From Acidiferrobacteraceae bacterium (GTDB lineage Bacteria; Pseudomonadota; Gammaproteobacteria; Acidiferrobacterales; SZUA-150): a DNA stretch of 64,000 nucleotides. The DNA lies in contig QIGL01000102.1 in the NCBI GenBank assembly GCA_003228915.1, forward strand, positions 3,519-67,518, read 5' to 3'. Shown in pieces: positions 27,634 through 39,325 of the stretch. The notes under the pieces are model-generated. The model did not search any database. It was not told the origin of the DNA and was given only the letters and a program-made list of their open reading frames with translations. Position 1 is the first letter of the stretch, and each line of letters begins with the position of its first letter. The position numbers were made by a program, and so were the translations under genes.

Positions 27634-29104
27634 GATAATCTCTACAAATGTAAAATATAAACGTCGTAAATATTCTGCCGTTGACAACATATTCCATTTT
27701 TTCTTTTTCCAGGCAACTCTCAAATTGTTCTGCTTGTCCATTTGTTTTTGGCATGCGGCTATGAATCGGCAAAACCAATACGCCCCAATCTTTATCCTGG
27801 GCCGAACCGTACCACAGGTTAAATTGATTAAATTTTCTGTCAGTAACAAAAACAGCGTTGGGTCGTGCGTACCAGGCAAGACGGCTGGCCAAACTCCAGT
27901 TACTGACAAATAATCTAGCCGGCCGATCTGATTTAGTCGTTTCTGCATTTAATTGATCACGAATTTCAATCGCCCTGCCAGCCGCCTTTTCCCAGCCATA
28001 GAGTTGCTTAAACGGGTGCTTATTATCTGGTACTGGCATCCAGGGGTTAAAGAACTCACTAAAGATTAGAATAATGATTGGCAGGCCTATTACCGGGATA
28101 GACCAGGCCAGAATTTTTACGCCCCTGTTTTGCCAATGGCATAACATCCATCTGGCTGCTAATGGTATTACACCCAGCCAGGCAAGAGCCGTCCAATGGG
28201 GCAGGGTCGCCTGGAAACCTGATCCCCAGGCGAATAATAAAAACACCGGTGCAGCTAACAAGACCAATAACTGGACGCCGGCATGGTTACGCTCATGCCA
28301 TGCTGCAATTAATGCCGCAATCGAAGCGATATACAGGCCCGGTGTGTAAACAACAAATTGAGCACCCTGGCTTGCGCCGAAAAGCTTTATTGACCAGGGT
28401 CTTGGTTTGAAGCCGTGATTGAGCTGGTAACTAAACGAAATCCAGTCATGATTCATGTTCCAGTAAAACACGGGAGAAATTATCACGGCCGCGATTAACG
28501 TGGCCGCCCAGATACCAGGTTTTTGAAATACGGATAGTCGTTGTTGCCAGATTAAATATAACACCATCGTAACGACCAGTGTCACTGCCGTGTACTTAGA
28601 GAGTCCGGCCAGTCCCAGGAACAAACCAACTGCAAGCCAGTCTGTTAATTTTTCATGTTCAAGGGCGCGCAGGAAAAAAATTAAAAATAATATCGTCAGC
28701 AATAACAACGGGACTTCCGGCAACATGGATATCCCCATTAGCTGGAACATGATTCCCAGGTTAAACAGGGCCACACTAATCAGTGGTAATTTTTCATTTT
28801 CATACGGAAAAAGTATTTGCACCAGTCGATACAAAGCGGCACTGGTCGCTATAGCAATCAAGATCGGGAATAGTCGTAACGCAAACTCACTGTCAGACAC
28901 TGTTAAAATAATTGCCTGTAACCAGCCAACCAGGGGCGGGTGATCAAAATAACTCCAGTCCAGGTAATAACCATAAAGTGCATAATGGGCTTCATCAGAA
29001 CCAAGCCCGCCATTACCTGCTACCAACAAGTGCATGATTGCACTGGCTGCAATAATAATTGATGCTTGTTTAGCGGGTGACAGGTTCATAACTATCCAAG
29101 CCAT
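27626..29104 (-). CDS. ArnT/PMT-like membrane glycosyltransferase (GT39/GT83 type)
   Basis: 492 aa, 10 or more hydrophobic helices, N-terminal [22 protein letters not shown] loop typical of the family. Start is 29104 (overlapping the purL stop) or the ATG at 29089. Confidence 0.75.
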   Translation of the reverse strand: MAWIVMNLSPAKQASIIIAASAIMHLLVAGNGGLGSDEAHYALYGYYLDWSYFDHPPLVGWLQAIILTVSDSEFALRLFPILIAIATSAALYRLVQILFPYENEKLPLISVALFNLGIMFQLMGISMLPEVPLLLLTILFLIFFLRALEHEKLTDWLAVGLFLGLAGLSKYTAVTLVVTMVLYLIWQQRLSVFQKPGIWAATLIAAVIISPVFYWNMNHDWISFSYQLNHGFKPRPWSIKLFGASQGAQFVVYTPGLYIASIAALIAAWHERNHAGVQLLVLLAAPVFLLFAWGSGFQATLPHWTALAWLGVIPLAARWMLCHWQNRGVKILAWSIPVIGLPIIILIFSEFFNPWMPVPDNKHPFKQLYGWEKAAGRAIEIRDQLNAETTKSDRPARLFVSNWSLASRLAWYARPNAVFVTDRKFNQFNLWYGSAQDKDWGVLVLPIHSRMPKTNGQAEQFESCLEKEKMEYVVNGRIFTTFIFYICRDYHA

Positions 29105-32100
29105 AACCGGGCATTCCTGAATATACGCATCCAGGCACTGTCTTCACCCCAGTCATTGGGATGCCATGAATTGGTAACGGTACGGAACATGCGCTCGGGA
29201 TGGGGCATCATAATCGTAAAACGACCATTATTGGTTGTCACACCGGTAATGCCAAGGGGGGAACCATTTGGGTTAGCGGGATATTTTTGCGTTAATTGAT
29301 CGTAATTATCCACATAACAAACTGTAACTTCTTTGCGTAAAACCAGATCCGCTGCCCCATCGTTACTCCTGAATTCGGCACGGCCTTCCCCGTGGGCGAT
29401 CACGACAGGTAACATTGAACCATTCATGCCCTGGAATAAAATTGAAGAATTCTCGGGAATTTGAACCCGCACCAGTCGCGCCTCAAACTGCTCGGATAAA
29501 TTTCTGACAAAATGAGGCCAACGTTCTGTTCCCGGTATTAATTCCCGTAAATTTGACATCATCTGGCAACCATTACAGATACCAAGCGCGAAGGTATCGT
29601 CCCGGTGAAAGTATTGTTGAAAAACATCCCGCGCCTGATTATTAAACAGGATTGATTTTGCCCAACCCTCGCCCGCCCCCAGCACATCACCAAAAGAAAA
29701 CCCGCCACAGGCTACCAAACCTTTGAAATCATCCAGCGTTTTGCCGCTGTCTATAATATCGCTCATGGTAAGGTCGACGGCAGCAAAACCTGCTCGATCA
29801 AAGGCCGCAGCCATTTCAATGTGGCCGTTAACACCCTCTTCTCTCAGGATTGCGATCTTGGGTCGGATGCCCGTTTTGATAAAGGGCGCGCTCACGTTTT
29901 CGCCTGGATTAAATGTTAGCTTGGCAGACAACCCGGGATTAGCAGACTCCAGCAAACTATCGAACTCTTCCTGGGCACTTTCAGGATTATCACGCAACTT
30001 CTGTATTTGATAGGTGGTCTCGGACCACGCGCGATGTAAATTTGTCCGGCTATCAACAAAAACCAGCTCGCCACGGTCAAGGATAGTGATATTGTCATCG
30101 TCACATAACGTACCAATAACATGGGTATGACGTACCAGGCCGGCCTTTTTTAGCGCGCCAATAATGCCTACACGATGATTGCGCGGTACTTGTAAAACAG
30201 CGCCCAACTCTTCAGTAAACATTGCTGCGATTGGGTCACGCCCCAGTTTGTCGATATCAACCACAATGCCGGTTTTACCGGCGAACGCCATTTCACACAA
30301 CGTGGCGAACAAACCACCGTCTGACCGATCATGGTAGGCAAGCAGGTAGCCCAGTTCATTTAGTGCCTGGATGACATGGAAAAAAAGCCGCAGTATCTTG
30401 GGGTCATCCACATCGGGGGACTCGCTTCCCATTTCATTTTGGGTTTGCGCCAGGATCGAACCACCCATCCTGTGTTTACCTTTACCCAAATCGACAAGTA
30501 TTAAATCGGCTTGACCGCAATCGGTTCGTAATTGTGGTGTCAGGGTTTTTCGTACATCGATTACCGGTGCGAAGGCAGAAACAATTAATGATACTGGTGC
30601 GGTCACTGACTGAGCTTCGCCATCATTTGATTGCCAGACCGTTTTCATGGACATGGAATCTTTGCCCACGGGAATCGAGATGCCTAGCTGCGGACATAAT
30701 TCTGCAGCCACCGCTTTGACCGTGTCAAACAAAGCCGCGTCTTCGCCCGGGTGCCCTGCCGGTGCCATCCAGTTTGCAGACAGTTTCACATCGGGTAGTT
30801 TTTCAATACGACTGGCGGCAATGTTCGTCAGCGCCTCGCCAATTGCCATGCGCCCGCTTGCCGCCGGGTTGATCAACGCAAGCGGCGTGCGTTCTCCCAT
30901 GCTCATGGCTTCACCGTTATATCCCTGGTAACCGGCACAAGTAACCGCAACATCAGCGACTGGCACTTGCCAGGGGCCAACCATTTGCTCGCGGCTAACC
31001 AGGCCGGTCACACTTCGATCACCGATTGTTATCAGAAAACTTTTACTGGCAACAGTAGGGTGTCGCAAAATACGGTAAACCGCCTCCTTAAAATCAATAT
31101 TTTTGGTTTTGAATTTTGATAATTTTCGTTTTATTCGTTTTACGTCACGGGTCATTTTTGGGGGCTTACCAAGTAACACATCTAAATCCATGTCAATGGG
31201 TCTTGCCTGTCGCTTTTTTTCTTCAGTATCCAGGTTATTATCTTTCTCTATATTTTGAGAAAAATAACTGTCCTCGACTACGAGCTGATTATCGTCGGTG
31301 GCAGTGCCAACAACAGCAAATGGGCACCGCTCTCGCCTGCACATTGCTTCAAATAATTCCAGCTGTGAATTATCTATGGCAACAACATATCTTTCCTGGG
31401 CTTCGTTACACCAAAGTGCCAGTGGAGTCATGCCCGGGTGATCATTGGGCACGTCTCTTAAATTAAATTTACCGCCCATACCAGCATCATGAATCAGTTC
31501 TGGCAACGCATTGGATAAGCCACCGGCACCAACATCATGAATAAACAAAACAGGATTCTCGTCTCCCAGTGCGCAGCATCGGTCTATCACTTCCTGGCAA
31601 CGACGCTCCATTTCCGGATTGCCCCGTTGCACAGAGGCAAAATCCAGGTCTTCATGGCTGCTGCCCGAGGTCATACTGGAGGCGGCGCCACCGCCCAGAC
31701 CTATTAACATGGCAGGCCCACCCAAGACCACGATAACAGTACCGGCCGGATACAATTCTTTTTTTACATGTTGCGGGCGAATGTTACCCAGCCCCCCCGC
31801 CAACATGATTGGCTTGTGGTAACCACGCACTTCACCAGCGACTTCCTGTTCAAAAACCCGAAAGTACCCGCCTAAATTTGGCCGGCCAAATTCGTTATTG
31901 AATGCAGCAGCACCGATTGGCCCTTCGAGCATTATCTCCAGGGCACTGGCAATTCTTGATGGCTTGCCATGATCTATTTCCCAATCCCGGGTTGCGCCGG
32001 GTAACCGCAGGTTTGAAACAGAAAAACCGGTAATACCAGCCTTGGGTTTAGCGCCACGACCCGTGGCACCCTCATCCCTGATTTCTCCTCCCGACCCGGT

Positions 32101-33039
32101 AGCTGCACCCGGAAATGGTGAGATGGCCGTCGGGTGATTGTGAGTTTCAACCTTCATGACAATATGTGCAGGCTCGTCAAGGGCACGGTATTCGTTTGTT
32201 TTAGGATTCGAAAAAAAACGATACGAGGTTGTACCTTCAATAACTGCCGCATTATCTGAATAGGCCACCAGTGTTCCGCCTGGAGTTTGTGCGTGGCTGA
32301 AACGAATCATGGAAAACAGGGTCTCACGCTGCTTCTGTTTATTGATAATCCAGTCAGCATTAAATATTTTGTGACGACAATGTTCGGAGTTGGCCTGGGC
32401 AAACATCATTAACTCTATGTCAGTGGGATTGCGATCAATCCTGTTAAATGCTTCCAGCAAATACTCAATTTCATCTTCAGATAATGCCAGGCCCATTTTT
32501 TTATTTGCTGCGATTAATGCTTTGCCACCATCAGCTTTAATGTCCACTATTGTAAGCGCTGCCGGTTTGGCTTCTTCGAATAATTTTCCTGGAAGGGCTG
32601 GATCATCAGTGACAATTTCTGTCATTCGATCGTATATGGGCTCAAGAATTTCTGATAACTTTTCTTCTGGTAATACTTTTCCGCTTTTGGTTTCAATATG
32701 CCAGGCAATACCTCTCTCCATACGAATGATATTATCCAGGCCACAACAATGGGCAATATCCGTTGCCTTGGTAGACCATGGAGAAATTGTCCCGAGCCTG
32801 GGAATAACCAGGTACATTTTTGAATTTGTATTTTTTGATTCGCGATCAGGGCCATACCTGAGTAACCGATCCAGAATTTTAAGGTCGGTTTTACCGGGAG
32901 ATTTCTTTACGGAAATAAAGTGCCAAAACTCTGCATAGATTTCAGTAATGTCCTGATCTTTTGTTTGTAATAACGACAGCAACTGTTCGGCACGAAAAGC
33001 TGACAAAACAGGCTGGCCTTTAAGCGATATAATATCCAT
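29092..33039 (-). CDS. purL: Phosphoribosylformylglycinamidine synthase (large single-chain form)
   Basis: 1315 aa; full-length architecture with C-terminal glutaminase (GICNGCQ, HGEGR). Confidence 0.95.
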   Translation of the reverse strand: MDIISLKGQPVLSAFRAEQLLSLLQTKDQDITEIYAEFWHFISVKKSPGKTDLKILDRLLRYGPDRESKNTNSKMYLVIPRLGTISPWSTKATDIAHCCGLDNIIRMERGIAWHIETKSGKVLPEEKLSEILEPIYDRMTEIVTDDPALPGKLFEEAKPAALTIVDIKADGGKALIAANKKMGLALSEDEIEYLLEAFNRIDRNPTDIELMMFAQANSEHCRHKIFNADWIINKQKQRETLFSMIRFSHAQTPGGTLVAYSDNAAVIEGTTSYRFFSNPKTNEYRALDEPAHIVMKVETHNHPTAISPFPGAATGSGGEIRDEGATGRGAKPKAGITGFSVSNLRLPGATRDWEIDHGKPSRIASALEIMLEGPIGAAAFNNEFGRPNLGGYFRVFEQEVAGEVRGYHKPIMLAGGLGNIRPQHVKKELYPAGTVIVVLGGPAMLIGLGGGAASSMTSGSSHEDLDFASVQRGNPEMERRCQEVIDRCCALGDENPVLFIHDVGAGGLSNALPELIHDAGMGGKFNLRDVPNDHPGMTPLALWCNEAQERYVVAIDNSQLELFEAMCRRERCPFAVVGTATDDNQLVVEDSYFSQNIEKDNNLDTEEKKRQARPIDMDLDVLLGKPPKMTRDVKRIKRKLSKFKTKNIDFKEAVYRILRHPTVASKSFLITIGDRSVTGLVSREQMVGPWQVPVADVAVTCAGYQGYNGEAMSMGERTPLALINPAASGRMAIGEALTNIAASRIEKLPDVKLSANWMAPAGHPGEDAALFDTVKAVAAELCPQLGISIPVGKDSMSMKTVWQSNDGEAQSVTAPVSLIVSAFAPVIDVRKTLTPQLRTDCGQADLILVDLGKGKHRMGGSILAQTQNEMGSESPDVDDPKILRLFFHVIQALNELGYLLAYHDRSDGGLFATLCEMAFAGKTGIVVDIDKLGRDPIAAMFTEELGAVLQVPRNHRVGIIGALKKAGLVRHTHVIGTLCDDDNITILDRGELVFVDSRTNLHRAWSETTYQIQKLRDNPESAQEEFDSLLESANPGLSAKLTFNPGENVSAPFIKTGIRPKIAILREEGVNGHIEMAAAFDRAGFAAVDLTMSDIIDSGKTLDDFKGLVACGGFSFGDVLGAGEGWAKSILFNNQARDVFQQYFHRDDTFALGICNGCQMMSNLRELIPGTERWPHFVRNLSEQFEARLVRVQIPENSSILFQGMNGSMLPVVIAHGEGRAEFRSNDGAADLVLRKEVTVCYVDNYDQLTQKYPANPNGSPLGITGVTTNNGRFTIMMPHPERMFRTVTNSWHPNDWGEDSAWMRIFRNARLWLG

Positions 33040-33093
33040 TTCTTGAGAGTACTCAGGCTTGTTTTATTTTTAATATCATTTAGTTTGTTCCTG

Positions 33094-33888
33094 TTAACTA
33101 ATTTCTCGCCAGGACAAGCCGGTTTCCTGATCAGCTATAGCGACCCACTCAGGTGTACATTCAACGGCATCACTCAACGCTTCTTTGGCCAAACAGGACT
33201 CATTATTTTTTTCACTCAAATGGGCAGCAACAATATGTTGCAGATTACTGGTTTCCAGTTTAGAGACTAATTCTGAAGCGGTTTCATTATCAAGATGGCC
33301 CTGGTTTCCGCTTACACGTAATTTTAAACTTTCCGGGTAACTGCCATTCATCAGCATTTCAAGGTCATGATTGCACTCCATAACCAGCGCATCGCAACCT
33401 GACAGGATTGCTTCGATATGTGGTGTACTGCAACCCGTGTCAGTCAGGATGCCCAGGCGATGATGGCCATTTGTAAAAACAAACTGGGCAGGTTCACGGG
33501 CATCGTGGGGAACTGGAAATGGCTGGAGCATTAAATCATTAATCTCAAAATTCTTGTGTGGATCAAAAATATTTACCTGGGGCACGTCACCCATTCTTTG
33601 TTTGATAACCCTGTAGGTTCCGGCAGTTGTCCAAATCGGGATTTGATAGTGACGTGCTACCACACCAGCTCCACTGATGTGATCACTGTGCTCATGAGTA
33701 AGCACAATAGCAGTAATCTGCTTACCCTCAATATCAAGCCTTGTTAATCGACTTGCAGTTTCCCGGGCCGAGAAACCACAGTCGAGCATGACACAGGTGC
33801 CATTAGACTGGATAAGCGCAGCATTACCCTTGCTGCCGCTCCCCAGGTATGCAAATCGAAAAGCGGGTTGTTTGATTTGCGTCACCAA
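33094..33888 (-). CDS. MBL-fold metallo-hydrolase
   Basis: LTHEHSDH (HxHxDH) motif; 264 aa. Confidence 0.75.
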   Translation of the reverse strand: MVTQIKQPAFRFAYLGSGSKGNAALIQSNGTCVMLDCGFSARETASRLTRLDIEGKQITAIVLTHEHSDHISGAGVVARHYQIPIWTTAGTYRVIKQRMGDVPQVNIFDPHKNFEINDLMLQPFPVPHDAREPAQFVFTNGHHRLGILTDTGCSTPHIEAILSGCDALVMECNHDLEMLMNGSYPESLKLRVSGNQGHLDNETASELVSKLETSNLQHIVAAHLSEKNNESCLAKEALSDAVECTPEWVAIADQETGLSWREIS

Positions 33889-33903
33889 GTAAATTATTTG
33901 TAT

Positions 33904-35031
33904 TTATTTTAGCTGTTTATATAATATTTTCAGGATACGAAGGCCGTCTTCATCCTCAAGGGTATCGCCTGCTTTATCCCTTATTTCAACAATTGTGCCA
34001 TCCACAACTTTGCTTAATACTACCTGGTAATACTGTGGCCCTTCCGGCTCATCATCGCCAATGATTGACGAGAAAAAGCCCTTTTCAGCTTCAGCATTCG
34101 GGTTAAAGTATTTTACATAATAGATTGAAACTGTACGATCACGATCCTGGACAGTGAAATAAGACCGGTCAAGTGAAATACCCACTCGCCGCCAGGCACG
34201 ATCCAGTTTTTCACCCATCCACAAAATTGTTATATTATCTTCATTCTTCTTTAATTTTACTTTTTCCAGTGACTGGATATCTTTTGCAATAGTATCTGCT
34301 TTTACTTCAGACGTTCCCAGGTGATACATTAATAACCGCAGGACTTCTACTTCCAGCTCCGGATCAGAAGCTCGCGGCTGCCAGATGGTTTCGGCAGCAT
34401 CAACAAAACCGCCAGCTGCCAGGACTTCTTCCATGCCACGGTGACTGACATAAACTTCCATTGTTCCCGGCTCATCACCACGCTCCAGCCGAAAACGATA
34501 TTGATCACGCTTATCTGTAGCATAAAAACTACCCAATGCAGATGAGAGAAACCCCGCAGTTTTACCTAACACTAATGGTTTTTTAGTTTTCCAGTTTGTT
34601 TCCATGATGCCGGTTTCAGGCGTCTGAACCGTAATTTCAAAATCAATTAATTTTATGAATTTTCGAATACTAAACCATAATGGCTCAGCTTCACTTCTAA
34701 CAACCAGCCATTGTTGTGAACCCGCTTTGTAGATTTTGACTGCTTCAAATTCAGGTAATAGTGGTTTCGTAAGTTTTACGATCGGATCATTACTGCGAAC
34801 CTTTTGTTGTTCTTTCTCGGAATAGGTCGAGTACTTTGCCTGTTGGTTCAGGAAACCACTACTAAGTGAATCTTCCGGGGGCAGCGATGATAAATCTGGC
34901 GGCACTTCCAGGGGACGCGCCAACTGCTCGGGCGTTTTATCTTTTTCTGGTGTAGAAGAACAACCAGCCAGGCCCAGTACTGAAACAAGCACTGGCAGGA
35001 TTAATAGTAGTGAAAAATTTGAATATCGCAT
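33904..35031 (-). CDS. bamC: Outer membrane protein assembly factor BamC (lipoprotein)
   Basis: Lipobox LGLAGCSS; sits immediately downstream of dapA as in E. coli dapA-nlpB. Confidence 0.7.
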   Translation of the reverse strand: MRYSNFSLLLILPVLVSVLGLAGCSSTPEKDKTPEQLARPLEVPPDLSSLPPEDSLSSGFLNQQAKYSTYSEKEQQKVRSNDPIVKLTKPLLPEFEAVKIYKAGSQQWLVVRSEAEPLWFSIRKFIKLIDFEITVQTPETGIMETNWKTKKPLVLGKTAGFLSSALGSFYATDKRDQYRFRLERGDEPGTMEVYVSHRGMEEVLAAGGFVDAAETIWQPRASDPELEVEVLRLLMYHLGTSEVKADTIAKDIQSLEKVKLKKNEDNITILWMGEKLDRAWRRVGISLDRSYFTVQDRDRTVSIYYVKYFNPNAEAEKGFFSSIIGDDEPEGPQYYQVVLSKVVDGTIVEIRDKAGDTLEDEDGLRILKILYKQLK

Positions 35032-35073
35032 GCTTGTTTATTTCAACCCTTTTGAGAATCCGATCACAATATT

Positions 35074-35952
35074 TTAGTTTAATACATCCGCCGCGCGCAG
35101 CGCCTTGCAAATAACATCATGCTTGTCATCCGATAAAGGCGTCAGGGGCAAACGAATGCCGGCACCAATTAATCCCATTTTAGCCAGTGCCCACTTTACC
35201 GGGATTGGGCTGGTCTCAATAAACAGGTTCGTATGCAGGGCTTGCAGTTGCTCATTTATTTTTAGTGCCGTCTGTTTGTCGCCCTCCAGGGCCGCCATGC
35301 ACATTTGACTCATCTTGGCCGGTGCCACATTGGCTGTCACTGAAATATTTCCTTTACCGCCAATGAGCATCATTTCAACGGCCGTGTCGTCATCGCCAGA
35401 ATAAATTTCAAATCCTTCCTGGCAACTGTCCATAATTTCCCGCGCCCGGCCCATGTCACCGGTTGCCTCCTTGATGCCAATAATATTATCTATGCCTGAT
35501 AGTCGGGCAACGGTAGCAGGCAACATATCGCAACAGGTACGACCAGGGACATTATAAAGAATCTGGGGTACTGCCACCGCTTCGGCCACGGCCCGGTAAT
35601 GCAGGTACAGTCCCTCCTGGGTGGGTTTATTATAGTATGGCGTCACCAATAAACAGGCATCGACACCAGACTGGGCTGCACAAGTCGTCAGCTCAATGGC
35701 TTCACTGGTTGAATTGGCGCCGGTACCGGCGATGACAGGTATGCGGCCATTAACATAATCAACGGTATGCTTGATGACGCCACAATGTTCGTCCATGTTC
35801 AAAGTGGCAGACTCGCCCGTTGTGCCCATAGAAACAATGGCATGGGTGCCATTGCCCAGGTGGAAATCAAGCAGCTTATCAAGCGCCGGAAAATCAACAG
35901 AACCATCGCCCTGCATCGGCGTAACTAAAGCGACCATACTGCCTTGAAACAT
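35074..35952 (-). CDS. dapA: 4-hydroxy-tetrahydrodipicolinate synthase (start at the internal ATG at 35952)
   Basis: MFQGSMVALVTPM matches the canonical DapA N-terminus; GTTGES and IKEA(T/S)G blocks. Confidence 0.9.
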   Translation of the reverse strand: MFQGSMVALVTPMQGDGSVDFPALDKLLDFHLGNGTHAIVSMGTTGESATLNMDEHCGVIKHTVDYVNGRIPVIAGTGANSTSEAIELTTCAAQSGVDACLLVTPYYNKPTQEGLYLHYRAVAEAVAVPQILYNVPGRTCCDMLPATVARLSGIDNIIGIKEATGDMGRAREIMDSCQEGFEIYSGDDDTAVEMMLIGGKGNISVTANVAPAKMSQMCMAALEGDKQTALKINEQLQALHTNLFIETSPIPVKWALAKMGLIGAGIRLPLTPLSDDKHDVICKALRAADVLN

Positions 35953-36191
35953 CTGATTACACACGAAAAACTGATAAATTAGGGAAACCGCATGGTACTT
36001 ATCCTCCCTGATAAAGACAAGCAAACCCGCCATTACGCAGCATCAACAGCATATTCCACAATAATTTTATAAGAAATTAAGATTATATTGATGCAGCTAA
36101 AAATAGTTTTTAATAGGAATTTTAACCATAACTGCTAGGCTGGCCCGCTGTAAACGCCAAAGCCATTCCAGCGCCAAAAAGAGCCATAAGC

Positions 36192-37304
36192 ATGAAAAAA
36201 CCAGCAACTAATAATACAGATAACCCGGAAACTGAACTGCGAGAGATTCGCATTAATCCCATTGTGCCCACCGAGTCAGTGCTGGTGGCCACGGCCCGCG
36301 GCATGCGCCCCAAAAAGGCCGAACAACCCGCCCCTCGTGAAACCAGAAATCACGTTGAGACCTGCCCGTTTTGCCGCGGTAATGAAGACATGACACCCCC
36401 GGCCATTACCACCTTCCCGGAACAAGGGCCCTGGGACATTCGCATCGTGGAAAATCTTTATCCAATTCTGGGTGATGACCGCCAGACGCCAAACCTGGCG
36501 TTTGGCCTGCAACAAACCATAGATGGCTATGGTCGCCATGAAGTCATTATTGATAACAGTAATCATGGTCTTGCGGTCCATGAAATGACTGAGCAACATT
36601 TATCGAATCTATTCGGTATTTACCGCAATCACATGGAGTCGCTTTATCGTTCCGACAACCGTTTGCAGTATGTGCTGGTTTTTAAAAACTTTGGCCCGGC
36701 GGCCGGGGCCAGCATCCCCCACACCCACAGCCAGATTATTGCCACGCCGGTAATTCCGGATAATGTCCTGGCCGAAGTCCAGAACAGTCGCAATTATTTT
36801 CAGAAACAACATCAATGTATATTCTGTACGCTCATTGATGAAGCGCTTACTTTTGAGGCTACGATTTATGATCGTGAGTCAGGACATATCCGAAGAAAAA
36901 TAGATGTTGGCCAATATGTCGTCGAGCGCGGTAAAAAATTTGTTGCCATCAAACCCTTCGCCAGTCGTTATGAATGGGAGGTGCATATCCTGCCACTCAA
37001 ACACCAGGCGGATTTTTTGCAACTTACCGAAGAAGACCGTGACGACCTGGCACGGGTGCTGCGCCGAACCATGGCCCGCCTCGATGCCGTTTTAGGCGGT
37101 GTTCAATACAACTATTTTCTGCATTCTTTACCGCACACCAGTGACTGCCTGGAATGTGATGCCAGCTACCATTGGCATCTTGAAATTTGTCCACGCACCA
37201 GCATTCCCACGGGCTTTGAACTGGGTTCCGGTTTATTCGTGAACACGGTCAGCCCGGAAATTGCCGCTGAGCAACTGCGTAATGCCCAAATAGACCCGGC
37301 ATAA
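36192..37304 (+). CDS. GalT-family (HIT superfamily) nucleotidyltransferase/phosphorylase-like protein
   Basis: CPFCRGNE zinc motif and IPHTHSQI (HxHxQ) active-site motif; 370 aa. Confidence 0.65.
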   Translation: MKKPATNNTDNPETELREIRINPIVPTESVLVATARGMRPKKAEQPAPRETRNHVETCPFCRGNEDMTPPAITTFPEQGPWDIRIVENLYPILGDDRQTPNLAFGLQQTIDGYGRHEVIIDNSNHGLAVHEMTEQHLSNLFGIYRNHMESLYRSDNRLQYVLVFKNFGPAAGASIPHTHSQIIATPVIPDNVLAEVQNSRNYFQKQHQCIFCTLIDEALTFEATIYDRESGHIRRKIDVGQYVVERGKKFVAIKPFASRYEWEVHILPLKHQADFLQLTEEDRDDLARVLRRTMARLDAVLGGVQYNYFLHSLPHTSDCLECDASYHWHLEICPRTSIPTGFELGSGLFVNTVSPEIAAEQLRNAQIDPA

Positions 37305-37306
37305 TT

Positions 37307-37765
37307 TTAGTCCTCTTGCTTCGCTAACTCTACCCGAAGTATTGCCCCGTCAACTTCGATAACCCGGACACCCTTTCCAACCGGGGCATCTTCGCCGCTT
37401 ACCTTCCAGAGCGTATCATCAACTTTTATTTTCCCAACGCCATTAACAATGGCATCTGTGAGTGTGAACACCCGGCCAACATATTGCTGACCACGGCGAT
37501 TCAGGGTCGGGGCATCGCTTTTAATCGGGTTGTTTTTTAAATACACGCGCCAGGCGATAACACTGATTATTGATAAAATTGTAAAAGTAAATAACTGCAG
37601 CTCCCACGAAACGGTGGGTATGACCAGCAACAAGAGACCGACAGCGCCTGCCGAGATGCCCATCCAGAGAAAAAATGCACCGGGCGCAAGTATTTCAAGA
37701 ATGATAAGCAAGGCGGCGGCTATCCACCAGTGCCAAAACTCCAGCGCAGCTAAAAACTCAATCAT
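37307..37765 (-). CDS. NfeD-family membrane protein
   Basis: 152 aa, N-terminal hydrophobic helices plus C-terminal OB-like domain; 4-nt overlap with the upstream SPFH gene. Confidence 0.75.
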   Translation of the reverse strand: MIEFLAALEFWHWWIAAALLIILEILAPGAFFLWMGISAGAVGLLLLVIPTVSWELQLFTFTILSIISVIAWRVYLKNNPIKSDAPTLNRRGQQYVGRVFTLTDAIVNGVGKIKVDDTLWKVSGEDAPVGKGVRVIEVDGAILRVELAKQED

Positions 37766-38700
37766 GCCTGACCCCCGGCTTTGTCTTTACCAAATGCCGC
37801 TTTGGCCAACTCGCCGATGCCCGCAAGCGAACCAATGACACTGCTGGCTTCAAGCGGCATTAATAACACCTTCTGGTTAGGCGAGGTGGCGATATCCTTA
37901 ATCGCGTCAATATACTTAGTGGCAACAAAATAATTGATTGCCTGAATATCACCACTGGCGATTGCCTGTGACACCATATTCGTTGCTTTGGCTTCTGCTT
38001 CGGCCTGGCGTTCACGGGCCTCGGCATCACGAAATGCCGCCTCACGACGACCTTCGGCATCCAGTATCACTGCCCGTTTTTCACCATCAGCGCGTAATAT
38101 TTCTGATTGTTTATCACCCTCTGCCGTCAGGATCGTTGCTCGTTTGTCTCGTTCTGCCTTCATTTGCCTGGCCATGGCATCTGCCAAATCTTTCGGTGGC
38201 GTTATATCCTTGATCTCGATACGCGTTACCTTCACGCCCCAGGGTGCAGTCGCCTCATCAACCACGTGTAACAAGCGCGCGTTAATAACATCCCGCTTGG
38301 ATAACAACTCATCAAGATCCATTGATCCCATAACCGTTCGAATATTGGTCATGGTTAAATTTAATATTGCGCGCGATAAACGATTGACCTCGTAGGCCGC
38401 CTTGGCGGCATCAAGCACCTGGAAAAAAACAATGCCATCAACCTGGATCATGGCATTATCCTTGGTAATGACTTCCTGCGATGGCACCTCGGTAACCGTT
38501 TCCATCATATTCATTTTCGCACCGATTTTGTCAATGAATGGCGTGATAATATGGAGCCCAGGCGGCAGTGTTTTCGTGTATTTGCCAAACCGCTCAACGG
38601 TAAACTCATAACCCTGGGTGACGGTTTTAACACCCAGTAAAATAAGAATAATACCCAGGCTAACGAATGCGAATATAAAAATAGTGCTAATTTCAACCAT
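37762..38700 (-). CDS. SPFH/band 7 (stomatin/QmcA-like) protein
   Basis: N-terminal TM helix, SPFH core, A/E-rich coiled-coil C-terminal region; paired with NfeD. Confidence 0.85.
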   Translation of the reverse strand: MVEISTIFIFAFVSLGIILILLGVKTVTQGYEFTVERFGKYTKTLPPGLHIITPFIDKIGAKMNMMETVTEVPSQEVITKDNAMIQVDGIVFFQVLDAAKAAYEVNRLSRAILNLTMTNIRTVMGSMDLDELLSKRDVINARLLHVVDEATAPWGVKVTRIEIKDITPPKDLADAMARQMKAERDKRATILTAEGDKQSEILRADGEKRAVILDAEGRREAAFRDAEARERQAEAEAKATNMVSQAIASGDIQAINYFVATKYIDAIKDIATSPNQKVLLMPLEASSVIGSLAGIGELAKAAFGKDKAGGQA

Positions 38701-38758
38701 GTTAATCTCCTAATGTAGTGTTTTAATTTATATTATGCGATCTTTCTATCGACAACTG

Positions 38759-39316
38759 TTAATTTTCCGAAAAACTCTCTGTTGTATAACGCTGGATTTG
38801 CAAATCACCTGACCAGTAATTTTTTTCAAGACCTGCCTTGACCTTTAACTGCGCCAGGAACTCGTTAGGATCACCCAACGACTCCCAGACAGCAGGCAGA
38901 AATGTCCCGCGGTGATGGTTGTCCTGCAAAATAAGGCCATCTTCGTGGGGTCTTAACTGGCCAATCAAATCCGTTTCGGAACTAAAATCAATTTTTTCAG
39001 GCTTGCTCAATATTGATATGCTAATCCTTAGTAACTCAAGATCACTATGGATGACAGGCGCAAATCTCGTATCCTGAAATGCCGCAGCAAAAGCATTCTC
39101 TGCTACATCCAGAACCAGCGGTCTCCTGGCCTGGAGACTGCCGATACAACCTTTCAATTGCTTGTTAATTTTTAGCGTTACAAACGATGCGCTTTGTTCT
39201 TGTAATACAGGTGAATAATTTTCGAAATTAATGTCATTCTTTTTTGCTTCGGTACCCAGAGTAATCGTCTCCCGTGCCAGCTTTAGTAATTCCGATTTTT
39301 TTGATTCAGCCAGCAT
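38759..39316 (-). CDS. AMMECR1-domain protein (AmmeMemoRadiSam system protein A type)
   Basis: LKGCIGSL signature; 185 aa; adjacent to Memo and radical SAM genes. Confidence 0.8.
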   Translation of the reverse strand: MLAESKKSELLKLARETITLGTEAKKNDINFENYSPVLQEQSASFVTLKINKQLKGCIGSLQARRPLVLDVAENAFAAAFQDTRFAPVIHSDLELLRISISILSKPEKIDFSSETDLIGQLRPHEDGLILQDNHHRGTFLPAVWESLGDPNEFLAQLKVKAGLEKNYWSGDLQIQRYTTESFSEN

Positions 39317-39325
39317 ATCTGATAA

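Noticed and set aside
26848-27948. Long (366-aa) version of the PAP2 ORF, and the 186-aa plus-strand ORF at 27353-27913
   Set aside because: The N-terminal 105 codons overlap the 3' end of the ArnT-like gene by more than 300 nt and lack PAP2 or membrane features. The internal ATG at 27633 gives a normal 8-nt overlap. The plus-strand ORF is antisense to both genes.
32390-32938. 182-aa ORF antisense to purL, with similar antisense ORFs at 29723-30010, 30647-30931 and 31116-31466
   Set aside because: They lie inside the 1315-aa purL gene, which is intact and motif-rich. These are shadow frames.
35953-36033. 27-codon N-terminal extension of dapA
   Set aside because: The canonical DapA N-terminus (MFxGSxVAxVTPM) begins at the internal ATG at 35952.
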